A stretch of DNA of 50,136 bases from IMG/VR virus record IMGVR_UViG_3300020045_011308, positions 1-50,136 of that record; one strand, 5' to 3'. Each line of letters starts with the position of its first letter. Position 1 is the stretch's first letter. Positions 1 through 7,588 of the stretch are shown here, piece after piece. Origin of the DNA: a virus. Its lineage: Duplodnaviria > Caudoviricetes. A program made the translations under genes and the position numbers. The notes beneath the pieces are model-generated. The model was given only the letters and a program-made list of their open reading frames with translations, searched no databases and was not told the DNA's origin.

Positions 1-293
1 TGCAAACTCTGCATCAACATCAAATCACATTCTATTTCTGCGTTCCGTTATAGCGCACCCCCTGCTGGCCCTTCTGCCAGTTGTCCACATAGTTTCCTAG
101 AAACGTTGCCCGTGCCCCGACAATAAAAAACACATCACCGCTAACGCTACCGTTAAGCACGGCGTCAGTGATCTCATTTTCAACGAGGAACCAAAGGTCG
201 TCGCCTGTCCCATCGAGAACCACACCAGAATTTATGCCATACACCTTGTTCCGCAGAAATAGAATGTGATTTGATGTTGATGCAGAGTTTGCA
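1..293. repeat. Perfect 42-bp inverted repeat (1-42 is the reverse complement of 252-293)
   Basis: tgcaaactctgcatcaacatcaaatcacattctatttctgcg (1-42) is the exact reverse complement of 252-293, and the match breaks at base 43. It supplies the TAG stop of the 32..1078 ORF. Confidence 0.95.
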
Positions 294-1078
294 AGAAAAT
301 TAATAGCTCCTGTGGAACCGTCAAACTCAATATCCCGGATTACCTGATTGCTATAGGTGCCCACAGCAATCAGAAATCTAGATACATTCCCCGATGCCCA
401 TCTGACAATCGCCCGCCCCCCGTTCGCTGAGCCATATGATCCGATTAGAACACCCGCAGCGGCTGGCAACGATGCCTGTGCGGGCGCGTTAAAAATGTCA
501 CCAGCTTTCAGCAACAACCGCTTGTCTGCGGCTCCGGCGTAAGTGCCTACCGCAGTTGCCCATGTGCTTTGCGTTACGCATCTACCGGCAGACACACACG
601 CCGCAGAATCGGCGTAAGTGTCAGGTATAAGTGGGCAACCGGTGTGGTCGGACCCGGTGGCGTTTACACAAGTTGTTTTGCTACCGGTGAAGAAAGTGTT
701 TTCTGCCGTGACAGTAATATCCACAGACCCGGATTTTTCATCCCCCGCGTCCCGCGCAGTCAACGACACCGTATAAGTGCCTGCGGTTTCAAAAACGTGC
801 GACGCCAGTGGGCCAGATGCGATGTTCTTGGACCTCAGCCCGGTTGTGCCGTAAGTGAATGTCCCTGAGGACGCGTCCCCAAACGACCACCTGTAATCTA
901 TTTCCCGAAACGGTTTTGTCGTCAGCGTAGATGTAGTGGCGCTGGCATCGAACCACACCGCGCAAGGTGCAAAACAGGTGGTCCGGCTAGGAACGCTGGC
1001 CATCGACGGTAGAGTTATGGTGGCCTGCGCCAGCGCGGGTAGCAGCAGCAGGAGGGCGAGGAGTCTCAGCATCACCAT
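32..1078 (-). CDS. Secreted PKD-domain plus beta-helix-like adhesin, probably C-terminally truncated
   Basis: Signal peptide MLRLLALLLLLPALAQA. PKD motif (FDAS..YRWSFGD..HVFETAGTYTVSLT), then parallel beta-helix-like sequence. An alternative start at 1072 gives a TGATG overlap with the upstream gene. The stop lies inside the inverted duplicate. Confidence 0.75.
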   Translation of the reverse strand: MVMLRLLALLLLLPALAQATITLPSMASVPSRTTCFAPCAVWFDASATTSTLTTKPFREIDYRWSFGDASSGTFTYGTTGLRSKNIASGPLASHVFETAGTYTVSLTARDAGDEKSGSVDITVTAENTFFTGSKTTCVNATGSDHTGCPLIPDTYADSAACVSAGRCVTQSTWATAVGTYAGAADKRLLLKAGDIFNAPAQASLPAAAGVLIGSYGSANGGRAIVRWASGNVSRFLIAVGTYSNQVIRDIEFDGSTGAINFLANSASTSNHILFLRNKVYGINSGVVLDGTGDDLWFLVENEITDAVLNGSVSGDVFFIVGARATFLGNYVDNWQKGQQGVRYNGTQK

Positions 1079-1785
1079 GCGCCGACTGTTAAATCATCCA
1101 CAGGTAAATAGGCCGCGTTCCAAGCCAAAGCCAGCCAGAATTCTCCTGCGGACAGGTAAGTAGTATCGGTTCCCGGTGTACCGGTCGTTGTCCACGCGCC
1201 GCCACTGTCGCTGTAATACATCTGCCAAGTGCCATCACCGAACCAGCGCACCCCAGCCCCGTCGCCGGACAGAAAATCTATCACACCGGTAGTGTCAAGC
1301 TCAGTGTCGAACGCACCGTTCACAATCTTCCACAGTTTTGCGCGGCGCGCACCGTCGTGATAGAAGCCTATCCAGTAGCCGTCACCTGTCGTTCGATCGT
1401 TAGTGGTCATATTAAAAAACACGCCGCCGACCGCATTGCTATTTGCGGCATGTTTTATTGATATGTCGAAACAAGTCGATGTCGGGGCAGTTAAAATCTT
1501 GTTGCCCACATAGCTGTTTCCCAGCGTGTCTGCCGCGTAAGTCCCGCCGCCATGGATTCCCGCTGAATTGACGCCTGTAATTGCCCCATACCTCGTGCTG
1601 TTATAAGTCGCCAGCAAATCGTTCCCGGTTCCAGTGAATGTGTCAGTAAAACCGGAGGTCGTTGACGGAAATGACGGAGGTGTTCCGCAACCGGAGACTG
1701 TCGCATAGCGATAGGGATTGACGATGTTCTGCGCACTGACCGCGCAAGAGAACAGCAGCAGCGCAATAGCAAAAAGACGCTTCAT
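1072..1785 (-). CDS. Secreted beta-sandwich (lectin-like) fibre-associated protein
   Basis: Signal peptide MKRLFAIALLLFSCAVSA|QN. The mature N-terminus NIVNPYRY resembles the INPY-type start of phage fibre-tip proteins. Rich in aromatic residues and Gly. Tightly coupled to both neighbours. Confidence 0.65.
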   Translation of the reverse strand: MKRLFAIALLLFSCAVSAQNIVNPYRYATVSGCGTPPSFPSTTSGFTDTFTGTGNDLLATYNSTRYGAITGVNSAGIHGGGTYAADTLGNSYVGNKILTAPTSTCFDISIKHAANSNAVGGVFFNMTTNDRTTGDGYWIGFYHDGARRAKLWKIVNGAFDTELDTTGVIDFLSGDGAGVRWFGDGTWQMYYSDSGGAWTTTGTPGTDTTYLSAGEFWLALAWNAAYLPVDDLTVGAW

Positions 1786-1788
1786 GTA

Positions 1789-3795
1789 TTACCTCGTTCC
1801 AATCAGGCAAATCTTGGCACCAGCCGCGCCTGTTCCTGCGGTATCAATATCAATCGTCATTTCCGCGTCGTCGGCCAGTGCCGTGTCGGAAATCACAGCC
1901 GCTGTTGCTGCCGTGGTGCTGGTTTTCTCACTCGCATCAATCGTCAGTTTCGTGGACAAGATCGTAGCCCCCGCCTCATTGATGTCAAATGTGGGGGTAC
2001 CACTGGATGAAACCGTGGTCAGACTGGCCCGCACTGCTGTCAAGGTCATGGCATAAGGCATTCTGAATGTGATCTTCGCAGTACCTGTAGTGATAGCTGT
2101 GGTTTCGTCTGAAATCGCAACGCAGTGCGCGACTGGTAGGCCTGTGATTGTGTTACTGCCGTAGGCGATAGTCTTGTTGGTCAATGTCGCTGCTGCGCTA
2201 TTCAAGTCTGTAACAATGGCAACCAGTTCTGCGTGGGTGTTGATTGTGCATCCCATAACTGTTGTGCTGGTTGCAGAACACAGGTTGTCAGCTGTTACCG
2301 TTCCAGCTTCCAAAAAGTCGGCATCAGACAGAGCAGCATTAAGATTCGCGATGGTTGGAGTTCCTAACCATGTAGCAACACCTGTTCCTAGCGATGTTAA
2401 ACCAGTACCACCGTTACCCGCACCGAGGGTACCTGTAACACCGTTGGCCATATTGATCTGTGCCCATGCTGGGTTGTTAGTGGTTCCTGTGTTCGACAAA
2501 TATCGTGTTGCTGTTGCATCTTTTGCGAGTCTTGCTAATGTATTTGTGGCTGTGAAGTATAATATATCACCCTGTGCAGTAGACGCTGGCATATCTGCTA
2601 GATTATCTGACGCGATATTTCCATTAACTGTAAATGTAGTTCCATCCCATGTCAGATCTGCACTACCTTCGATGGTACCGTCTCCGGTCCACACACCAAC
2701 TTGGTTATTTACAGGTGTACCTACCTTGGATACATCACCACCACCTCCTCCAGTACCATCACCCAACTTTACCCACGCACTACCATTATATTGACATAGA
2801 GATGTCGTTGATCCAGCCGCTGAATCACAGGCACCAGCCGCTGAATCATCAGTTACAATAACTGTGTCACCTGCCGCTGGAGTTCCGGGAAACGCTGTGA
2901 CCCGTGGGAACCTAACGTAACTGGTAAAAATCGGGGCATCAATAGTTGGCGCAGTTCCTAAAACAGGAGCACCGGTACCTGTTTCACCTGTGATCATCGC
3001 TGCAAAGTTAGCAGCATTGGGTGTGGCTAAGAATGTTGCTACACCAGTTCCTGGAGTAACACCAGCCCATGTTGTAAGATCAGCGTCAAAACCTTGAACG
3101 TTTGTACCAATAACCAAGCCCAACAGTGTTCTGATAGCGGAGTAATCAGCTGCACTTAGCACCGACTGCACGTTAGCTGATGGAGTAATACCTGCGTAAG
3201 TAGTTAGGTCTGCGTCATAAGCTTGAACGTCGGTACCCACTGTCAATGTCAACAGAGTTTTGATAGCTGCATAGTTAGCTGCTCCAAGGATGGATTGGAC
3301 GTTGGCCGAAGGTGTAATTCCAGCATATGTCGTCAAATCAGCATCGTAAGCTTGGACATTGGTACCGATAACCAGACCCAGTAATGTTCGAATTGCGGCA
3401 TGATCTGCAGCGCTCAGAATGGATTGCACGTTTGCTGAGGGGGTGATACCTGCATAGGTCGTAAGGTCAGCATCGTAGGCTTGAACATTAGTGCCAATAA
3501 CCAATGTCAACAGTGTACGTATTGCCGCGTAATCAGCCGCGCTCAGAATAGATTGTACGTTCGCGGATGGAGAAATACCTGCAAATGTTGTGAGATCCGA
3601 ATCATAGGCTTGAACGACAGTACCTACCCCACGAATCTGATCAATGGTACACTTCTTCGTGGTTGTTTGCACGCAAGGTAGTACCTCTGTTCCAGTTGGG
3701 GTTGACGCCGCTGGAAGTGCGCTAATTGATACATCAGCCGCGTGCGCTGTTCCCATTAATAGAGCGAGCACTAGGGCTGTGAGTAGCTTCTTCAT
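1789..3795 (-). CDS. Tail/head fibre-like repeat protein with Sec signal peptide
   Basis: ATG at 3795 with GAGG RBS. Signal peptide MKKLLTALVLALLMGTAHA|AD. ADVSISALPAA..GTEVLP.VQ..TKK fibre N-terminal motif, 43-aa VQAYDADL repeats, GGTG segments and a C-terminal SDETT..FRMPYAMTL domain typical of phage fibres. Confidence 0.75.
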   Translation of the reverse strand: MKKLLTALVLALLMGTAHAADVSISALPAASTPTGTEVLPCVQTTTKKCTIDQIRGVGTVVQAYDSDLTTFAGISPSANVQSILSAADYAAIRTLLTLVIGTNVQAYDADLTTYAGITPSANVQSILSAADHAAIRTLLGLVIGTNVQAYDADLTTYAGITPSANVQSILGAANYAAIKTLLTLTVGTDVQAYDADLTTYAGITPSANVQSVLSAADYSAIRTLLGLVIGTNVQGFDADLTTWAGVTPGTGVATFLATPNAANFAAMITGETGTGAPVLGTAPTIDAPIFTSYVRFPRVTAFPGTPAAGDTVIVTDDSAAGACDSAAGSTTSLCQYNGSAWVKLGDGTGGGGGDVSKVGTPVNNQVGVWTGDGTIEGSADLTWDGTTFTVNGNIASDNLADMPASTAQGDILYFTATNTLARLAKDATATRYLSNTGTTNNPAWAQINMANGVTGTLGAGNGGTGLTSLGTGVATWLGTPTIANLNAALSDADFLEAGTVTADNLCSATSTTVMGCTINTHAELVAIVTDLNSAAATLTNKTIAYGSNTITGLPVAHCVAISDETTAITTGTAKITFRMPYAMTLTAVRASLTTVSSSGTPTFDINEAGATILSTKLTIDASEKTSTTAATAAVISDTALADDAEMTIDIDTAGTGAAGAKICLIGTR
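3049..3630 (-). repeat. About 4.5 tandem 129-bp (43-aa) coding repeats
   Basis: Unit VIGTNVQAYDADLTTYAGITPSANVQSILSAADxAAIRTLLxL. The Gln codon of VQ recurs at 3094, 3223, 3352, 3481 and 3610 (129-bp period). Confidence 0.95.
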
Positions 3796-3808
3796 GTTTA
3801 ATTCCTCT

Positions 3809-4528
3809 TTATTCAAGAATAAGACGATCACCGTCTTCTGTATTTATAAAGTCTCCCTCTGTTGAAAGTAGGTAATCACTAGCACCTAACGTTTCAAAGT
3901 CATAGACTGCTTGATTAGAGCTAAACAATCCAACATCGTGTAGATATACAATCCTATACGCTGTGCCTAGTGTGAGCCCTACCACCTCATCAAAGGAATT
4001 AACTCCACCTGTAGGTGTAATATTACCAGTAAATCCTGGAATAATGTTACCACCTGTTCCAGCTCTGATCTCTGCATTATTTGCCGAGCCACTCTCTGTG
4101 AGAATAGCGTAGTAGAGAGTGCCACCAGCGGTAGATGTTGTTACTCTTGGAATACCACCCTCGTCGGTGATAGAAACGAAGGTAGCGGCCGAGAGTACAG
4201 GAATATTTGCAAGCGTTGCCTGCTTAGAAATTTTGCAAATAACAGTACCTGTACCACTAATTTCAATAGTGATAGCTTGATCTCTATCATTGTTGATTGC
4301 GAGACCACGACCAGCGAAATCATGTGTACCTACATTAAGAAGTGTGTTAATGGTGTTTGAACCGCGCTTAACGAGGACAACACCATTAGAGCTCCATGAG
4401 ATACACTTAATTGCAGCTGAGCCAACAACTTCCTGACCATCTTTCGCTAAATCTTCGAGATCAAAGGTGGTGTTGGCTGTAAGAATGACAGATATATCGC
4501 CAAACTTTTGATTGCGAAAAATTGGCAT
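3809..4528 (-). CDS. Hypothetical virion protein (paralogue of 4532..4861 with extra domain and acidic TEDG tail)
   Basis: The N-terminal ~105 aa align by eye with the 109-aa neighbour (NQKFG..TAN..IK.I.WS.N.V..KRG.NT..IEI..TGT). It ends LLSTEGDFINTEDGDRLILE. Confidence 0.7.
   Translation of the reverse strand: MPIFRNQKFGDISVILTANTTFDLEDLAKDGQEVVGSAAIKCISWSSNGVVLVKRGSNTINTLLNVGTHDFAGRGLAINNDRDQAITIEISGTGTVICKISKQATLANIPVLSAATFVSITDEGGIPRVTTSTAGGTLYYAILTESGSANNAEIRAGTGGNIIPGFTGNITPTGGVNSFDEVVGLTLGTAYRIVYLHDVGLFSSNQAVYDFETLGASDYLLSTEGDFINTEDGDRLILE
3841..3848 (-). promoter_or_regulatory. T4-type late promoter TATAAATA
   Basis: Exact consensus 45 nt upstream of the ATG at 3795, embedded in the 3' end of the upstream CDS. 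Confidence 0.7.
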
Positions 4529-4531
4529 CTA

Positions 4532-4861
4532 TTAATATGTAACAGGACCATTTGATATTTTCTTCAACTCAAGAACACATGTTCCTGTAGTTGGAATCTC
4601 AATCATTACATTCGCAGTTGCATCTGTACCAAAAGCTTCACCGGTCGCTGCGAGATCCCACACACCACTATAATAGAGATTGAAGTAAGTATTCGCGCCG
4701 CGCTTGATTGTGATTACATTATTTGTAGACCACATGATCGTTTTAATTGTGGCGCCGGAAACTGTCTCACCTGATACAGTGAGATCAGAGAGGGTGTACC
4801 CAGCATTAGCTGTATCGACTGAAACAGCTTTACCAAATTTTTGATTGATACTGAGTGACAT
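4532..4861 (-). CDS. Small hypothetical virion (possible head decoration) protein
   Basis: TAATG-coupled to the upstream gene, beta-rich 109 aa, located in the head gene cluster. Confidence 0.65.
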   Translation of the reverse strand: MSLSINQKFGKAVSVDTANAGYTLSDLTVSGETVSGATIKTIMWSTNNVITIKRGANTYFNLYYSGVWDLAATGEAFGTDATANVMIEIPTTGTCVLELKKISNGPVTY

Positions 4862-6369
4862 TAGTAACTCCTGGCTGTTGCGGCCATAGGTGAGTCGTAA
4901 TTACCGTTGTGAAATGAGTCATGAAGGTCTTCGAGCTGACGCTTGAAATGCTTTAACTTGTACATGTGGTGCCAACCAGCGCTTCCTGGAACCACTTTAC
5001 CATCCGGGCTCATAACTGGCTTCTTGATGCCCTCTTTGTGAGCTTCAATAGCTGCGTGAATGTTACCAAGTGTCTTCTTGATATCTTCGTGATGATCATC
5101 ATAATATTCCTGCGCAGTCTTTGCGCGATTTCTTGGATGTGCACTTGCTTCTTCAATCTTGATCATTTCAGTTTCCTCTTTTGTAAGTCTTGCGGTTGCC
5201 TTACCAATTCCACTCAATCGTTTAACCGCTTTCCTGTGATGCTTTTCAATTTCAGAATTTCCTGCACCAAGTGCATCATTAATCTTATCTTGTGTTTTAA
5301 ACTTATCTTTTACACCGAGACGGTTAGTAAAACGCTGTACTTCTTCTTGATCTTTGTTGGCAGCAACACGTTTGCCCCAACTCATTGCTGCAGAATCAGC
5401 GGCTTTATTTACATACGAACCGAGGGTCTTCTTGCTGAGTTCATCAATCTGCTCAACACCCTCTTTTGCAAGCTTCTTCAAAGCTACGCGCTGACCGTCC
5501 TTACGCTTTTCAATCTTGTTTTGGTGATCGTTAATCTTGTAACCAATTGTCGATTGAACAGCTCGGAGATGGTTCTTATCATCCTTGCTTAGAATGTGTG
5601 ATGAATTGTAAGCAACATCGTTAAGAGCGTCATACGATTTACGCTGATCCCCCTCATCTTTTGTACGACGAGTTATTTCAGCACCACTGCGCTTGACATA
5701 ATTAACAAGTGTTTTCTTTGAAAGCTCGTCAATCTGTTCAACTTCTTCGCGTGCATACACTTGTGGAGGAACCATCTTATCAGTGTTTTTATTCACAGCC
5801 TTGATAGCTTGTTCTTTGTGTTCTTTATCAACATAGAGCTTACCGTTCTTGAATACACCAGAGTTAACACCATTATCTTCAAGATGAGCGAGAACTTTAC
5901 TTTCATACCCTTCAAGTAATTCTTCGGTCGCAAAAGCTTCGCCGAGCGCTGTTACACGCTCTTTAGCGAGGGTCTGAAGTTTACGCTTAGCGGCACTCTT
6001 AAGTTTTTCATCACCGAGGCGATGAGCTAATATATGAATCTGTTGCGCGTGCTTTACCTTCTGACGGTGATCGCTAAGATCAAAGTCTTCATATACAGAA
6101 ACATCCATGGCAGAATCGTAGCCGTGACGCTCTTTGAATTTCTTGATTGCAGTAACATTAACAGCTTTGAAAACATCATCACCATTACCATTCGTATCAG
6201 ACTTAGCAGTAGTAACATGCTTTAATTTGAAACGAAGCTCACCCTTTGATTGTGGTTGCGCTACCTCTACAACAGGCTCTTCAGTGGTGTTCAGCACAGC
6301 TTCACTGAGTTTCTTCTTACGCTCAATAATAGCGAGCTTTGCTGCTTGTAGGTGATGATTTCTCGACAT
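4861..6369 (-). CDS. Prohead core / internal head protein with EQIDELSKKTL repeats
   Basis: Highly charged and helical. Two ~95-aa repeats start E(E/G)VEQIDELSKKTL, 285 nt apart. Many L/I-x-E sites resemble T4 gp21 protease sites. It follows the gp67-like gene. Confidence 0.65.
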   Translation of the reverse strand: MSRNHHLQAAKLAIIERKKKLSEAVLNTTEEPVVEVAQPQSKGELRFKLKHVTTAKSDTNGNGDDVFKAVNVTAIKKFKERHGYDSAMDVSVYEDFDLSDHRQKVKHAQQIHILAHRLGDEKLKSAAKRKLQTLAKERVTALGEAFATEELLEGYESKVLAHLEDNGVNSGVFKNGKLYVDKEHKEQAIKAVNKNTDKMVPPQVYAREEVEQIDELSKKTLVNYVKRSGAEITRRTKDEGDQRKSYDALNDVAYNSSHILSKDDKNHLRAVQSTIGYKINDHQNKIEKRKDGQRVALKKLAKEGVEQIDELSKKTLGSYVNKAADSAAMSWGKRVAANKDQEEVQRFTNRLGVKDKFKTQDKINDALGAGNSEIEKHHRKAVKRLSGIGKATARLTKEETEMIKIEEASAHPRNRAKTAQEYYDDHHEDIKKTLGNIHAAIEAHKEGIKKPVMSPDGKVVPGSAGWHHMYKLKHFKRQLEDLHDSFHNGNYDSPMAATARSY

Positions 6370-6370
6370 G

Positions 6371-6586
6371 TTATTCCTCGTCGGTAGTGGATAGAATCTC
6401 TTCTACCTCTGTATCTGTAAGGTCAGGGTCAGCAGGTTCATCAATTGAGAACATATTACTAACCATTTCCTGCTTCTTGTTGGAGAGAGCAACTTCAATC
6501 TTATCCATCATAGCAGTATTAAAAGCCGTCATAAAGTCTTCTGGCTTCTGTTCAATGGTCGCATCAATAATTTTTGTATGGTTCAT
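6371..6586 (-). CDS. gp67: Prohead core protein gp67-like
   Basis: About 71 aa, helical N-terminus (F..AF...M.DKI..AL..KK.E....MF) and acidic tail. AGGAG RBS and a late promoter upstream. Lies downstream of the portal. Confidence 0.7.
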   Translation of the reverse strand: MNHTKIIDATIEQKPEDFMTAFNTAMMDKIEVALSNKKQEMVSNMFSIDEPADPDLTDTEVEEILSTTDEE

Positions 6587-6605
6587 CAAAATCTCCTATT
6601 TCACT

Positions 6606-6613
6606 TATTTATA
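6606..6613 (-). promoter_or_regulatory. T4-type late promoter TATAAATA
   Basis: Exact consensus in the intergenic gap upstream of the gp67-like gene. Confidence 0.85.
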
Positions 6614-6625
6614 ATCTTACAGTTT

Positions 6626-7156
6626 TTAATCTTTCAATCCGAGGAACTGACCCTTCGTTAGTAACTTATTAACAATATGCTCACCAACAGTACCCGAGGT
6701 CATGGGTGTGGTTGCACTACTCCAAACAGCATCTGCAACACCGTTTGCATCAGCACCACTAGTTGTTACAGTTAGAGCCTGCGCTGATTCTCGCTGCCTA
6801 ATCAACACAGTGAATCCTGGTTGTGATAACCACAACGCAATAGTCTCACCTGCTACAGCTGATTCGGGAATTAAGTTACCGACAAATTGTAACTCGTGAT
6901 CGCCTGGATATGGTAGGACTCGCCATCCAGATATATTATCTATGAATATGTATGGGCCAATCTGGGCGGCGCCAGTTGAGTCGCCGAATGACCTAAGTGG
7001 AAACTTTAATTTTTGAAGTTCGGTGTTAGCTTGCCACTGGCTTTTTAAATTACTATAAATGTCGCGACGAACGTCAAGCTCAACAAACCCAGAGACCGGC
7101 GCATCAAGTAGCTCAATCGTCCTCGTATGGGTGTTTGCTTGAACATTCGCGGTCAT
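6626..7156 (-). CDS. Hypothetical virion protein, paralogue of the N-terminal domain of 7589..9433
   Basis: RTIEL..DIYSNLKSQWQANTELQKLKFPL matches KTIDL..ALYSFAKEEWLTDAALQPNRFPF. C-terminal VADAVW..GTVG motif. Confidence 0.7.
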   Translation of the reverse strand: MTANVQANTHTRTIELLDAPVSGFVELDVRRDIYSNLKSQWQANTELQKLKFPLRSFGDSTGAAQIGPYIFIDNISGWRVLPYPGDHELQFVGNLIPESAVAGETIALWLSQPGFTVLIRQRESAQALTVTTSGADANGVADAVWSSATTPMTSGTVGEHIVNKLLTKGQFLGLKD

Positions 7157-7569
7157 TAATCACCTAAAATTGGGACTACTCTCGAGAGTGTTGAGTTCCA
7201 CTCCTGCCATACACTAGCATGTCGGATATATACCTGTAAATCAGCGTCTACATCCCACTTTGCCGCAAACATAGCATACCCACCGAGATCCTTAACAGTC
7301 TTCGCGGTGAGTGCTTCTGCCACTTTAACCTTAACACCGGTAGGTGATATCTGATATATTGGTTTTTCTTTTAACCAAAACTCAACAAACCCATCCGGGA
7401 GGTTGGCGACATCGTCAACACGACGACCTGCACCAATATTTGTCTGCATTGAAAACAACAAATATCTAACTTGTTTGTGCCGCTTTCTTGATTCAAGTAT
7501 CTCCCTAGCCTTACCTTCAAGGTGTGAGAGGTTTGGATAAATCTCCCACGGCTTCACAATATTCTTCAT
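7156..7569 (-). CDS. Hypothetical protein (possible assembly chaperone)
   Basis: AAGGA RBS, TAATG-coupled to the next gene, globular composition unlike its S/T-rich neighbours. Confidence 0.6.
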   Translation of the reverse strand: MKNIVKPWEIYPNLSHLEGKAREILESRKRHKQVRYLLFSMQTNIGAGRRVDDVANLPDGFVEFWLKEKPIYQISPTGVKVKVAEALTAKTVKDLGGYAMFAAKWDVDADLQVYIRHASVWQEWNSTLSRVVPILGD

Positions 7570-7588
7570 ACATTAAATTCCTTAAAGA

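Noticed and set aside
1730-1785. Lipoprotein lipobox (LFSC) in the 237-aa protein
   Set aside because: Phe at -2 is non-canonical, and a good signal peptidase I site (VSA|Q) follows. It is not fully excluded.
3049-3630. CRISPR array or diversity-generating retroelement TR/VR pair
   Set aside because: The repeats are in-frame coding units without spacers. Differences are synonymous rather than adenine-specific, and there is no reverse transcriptase in the window.
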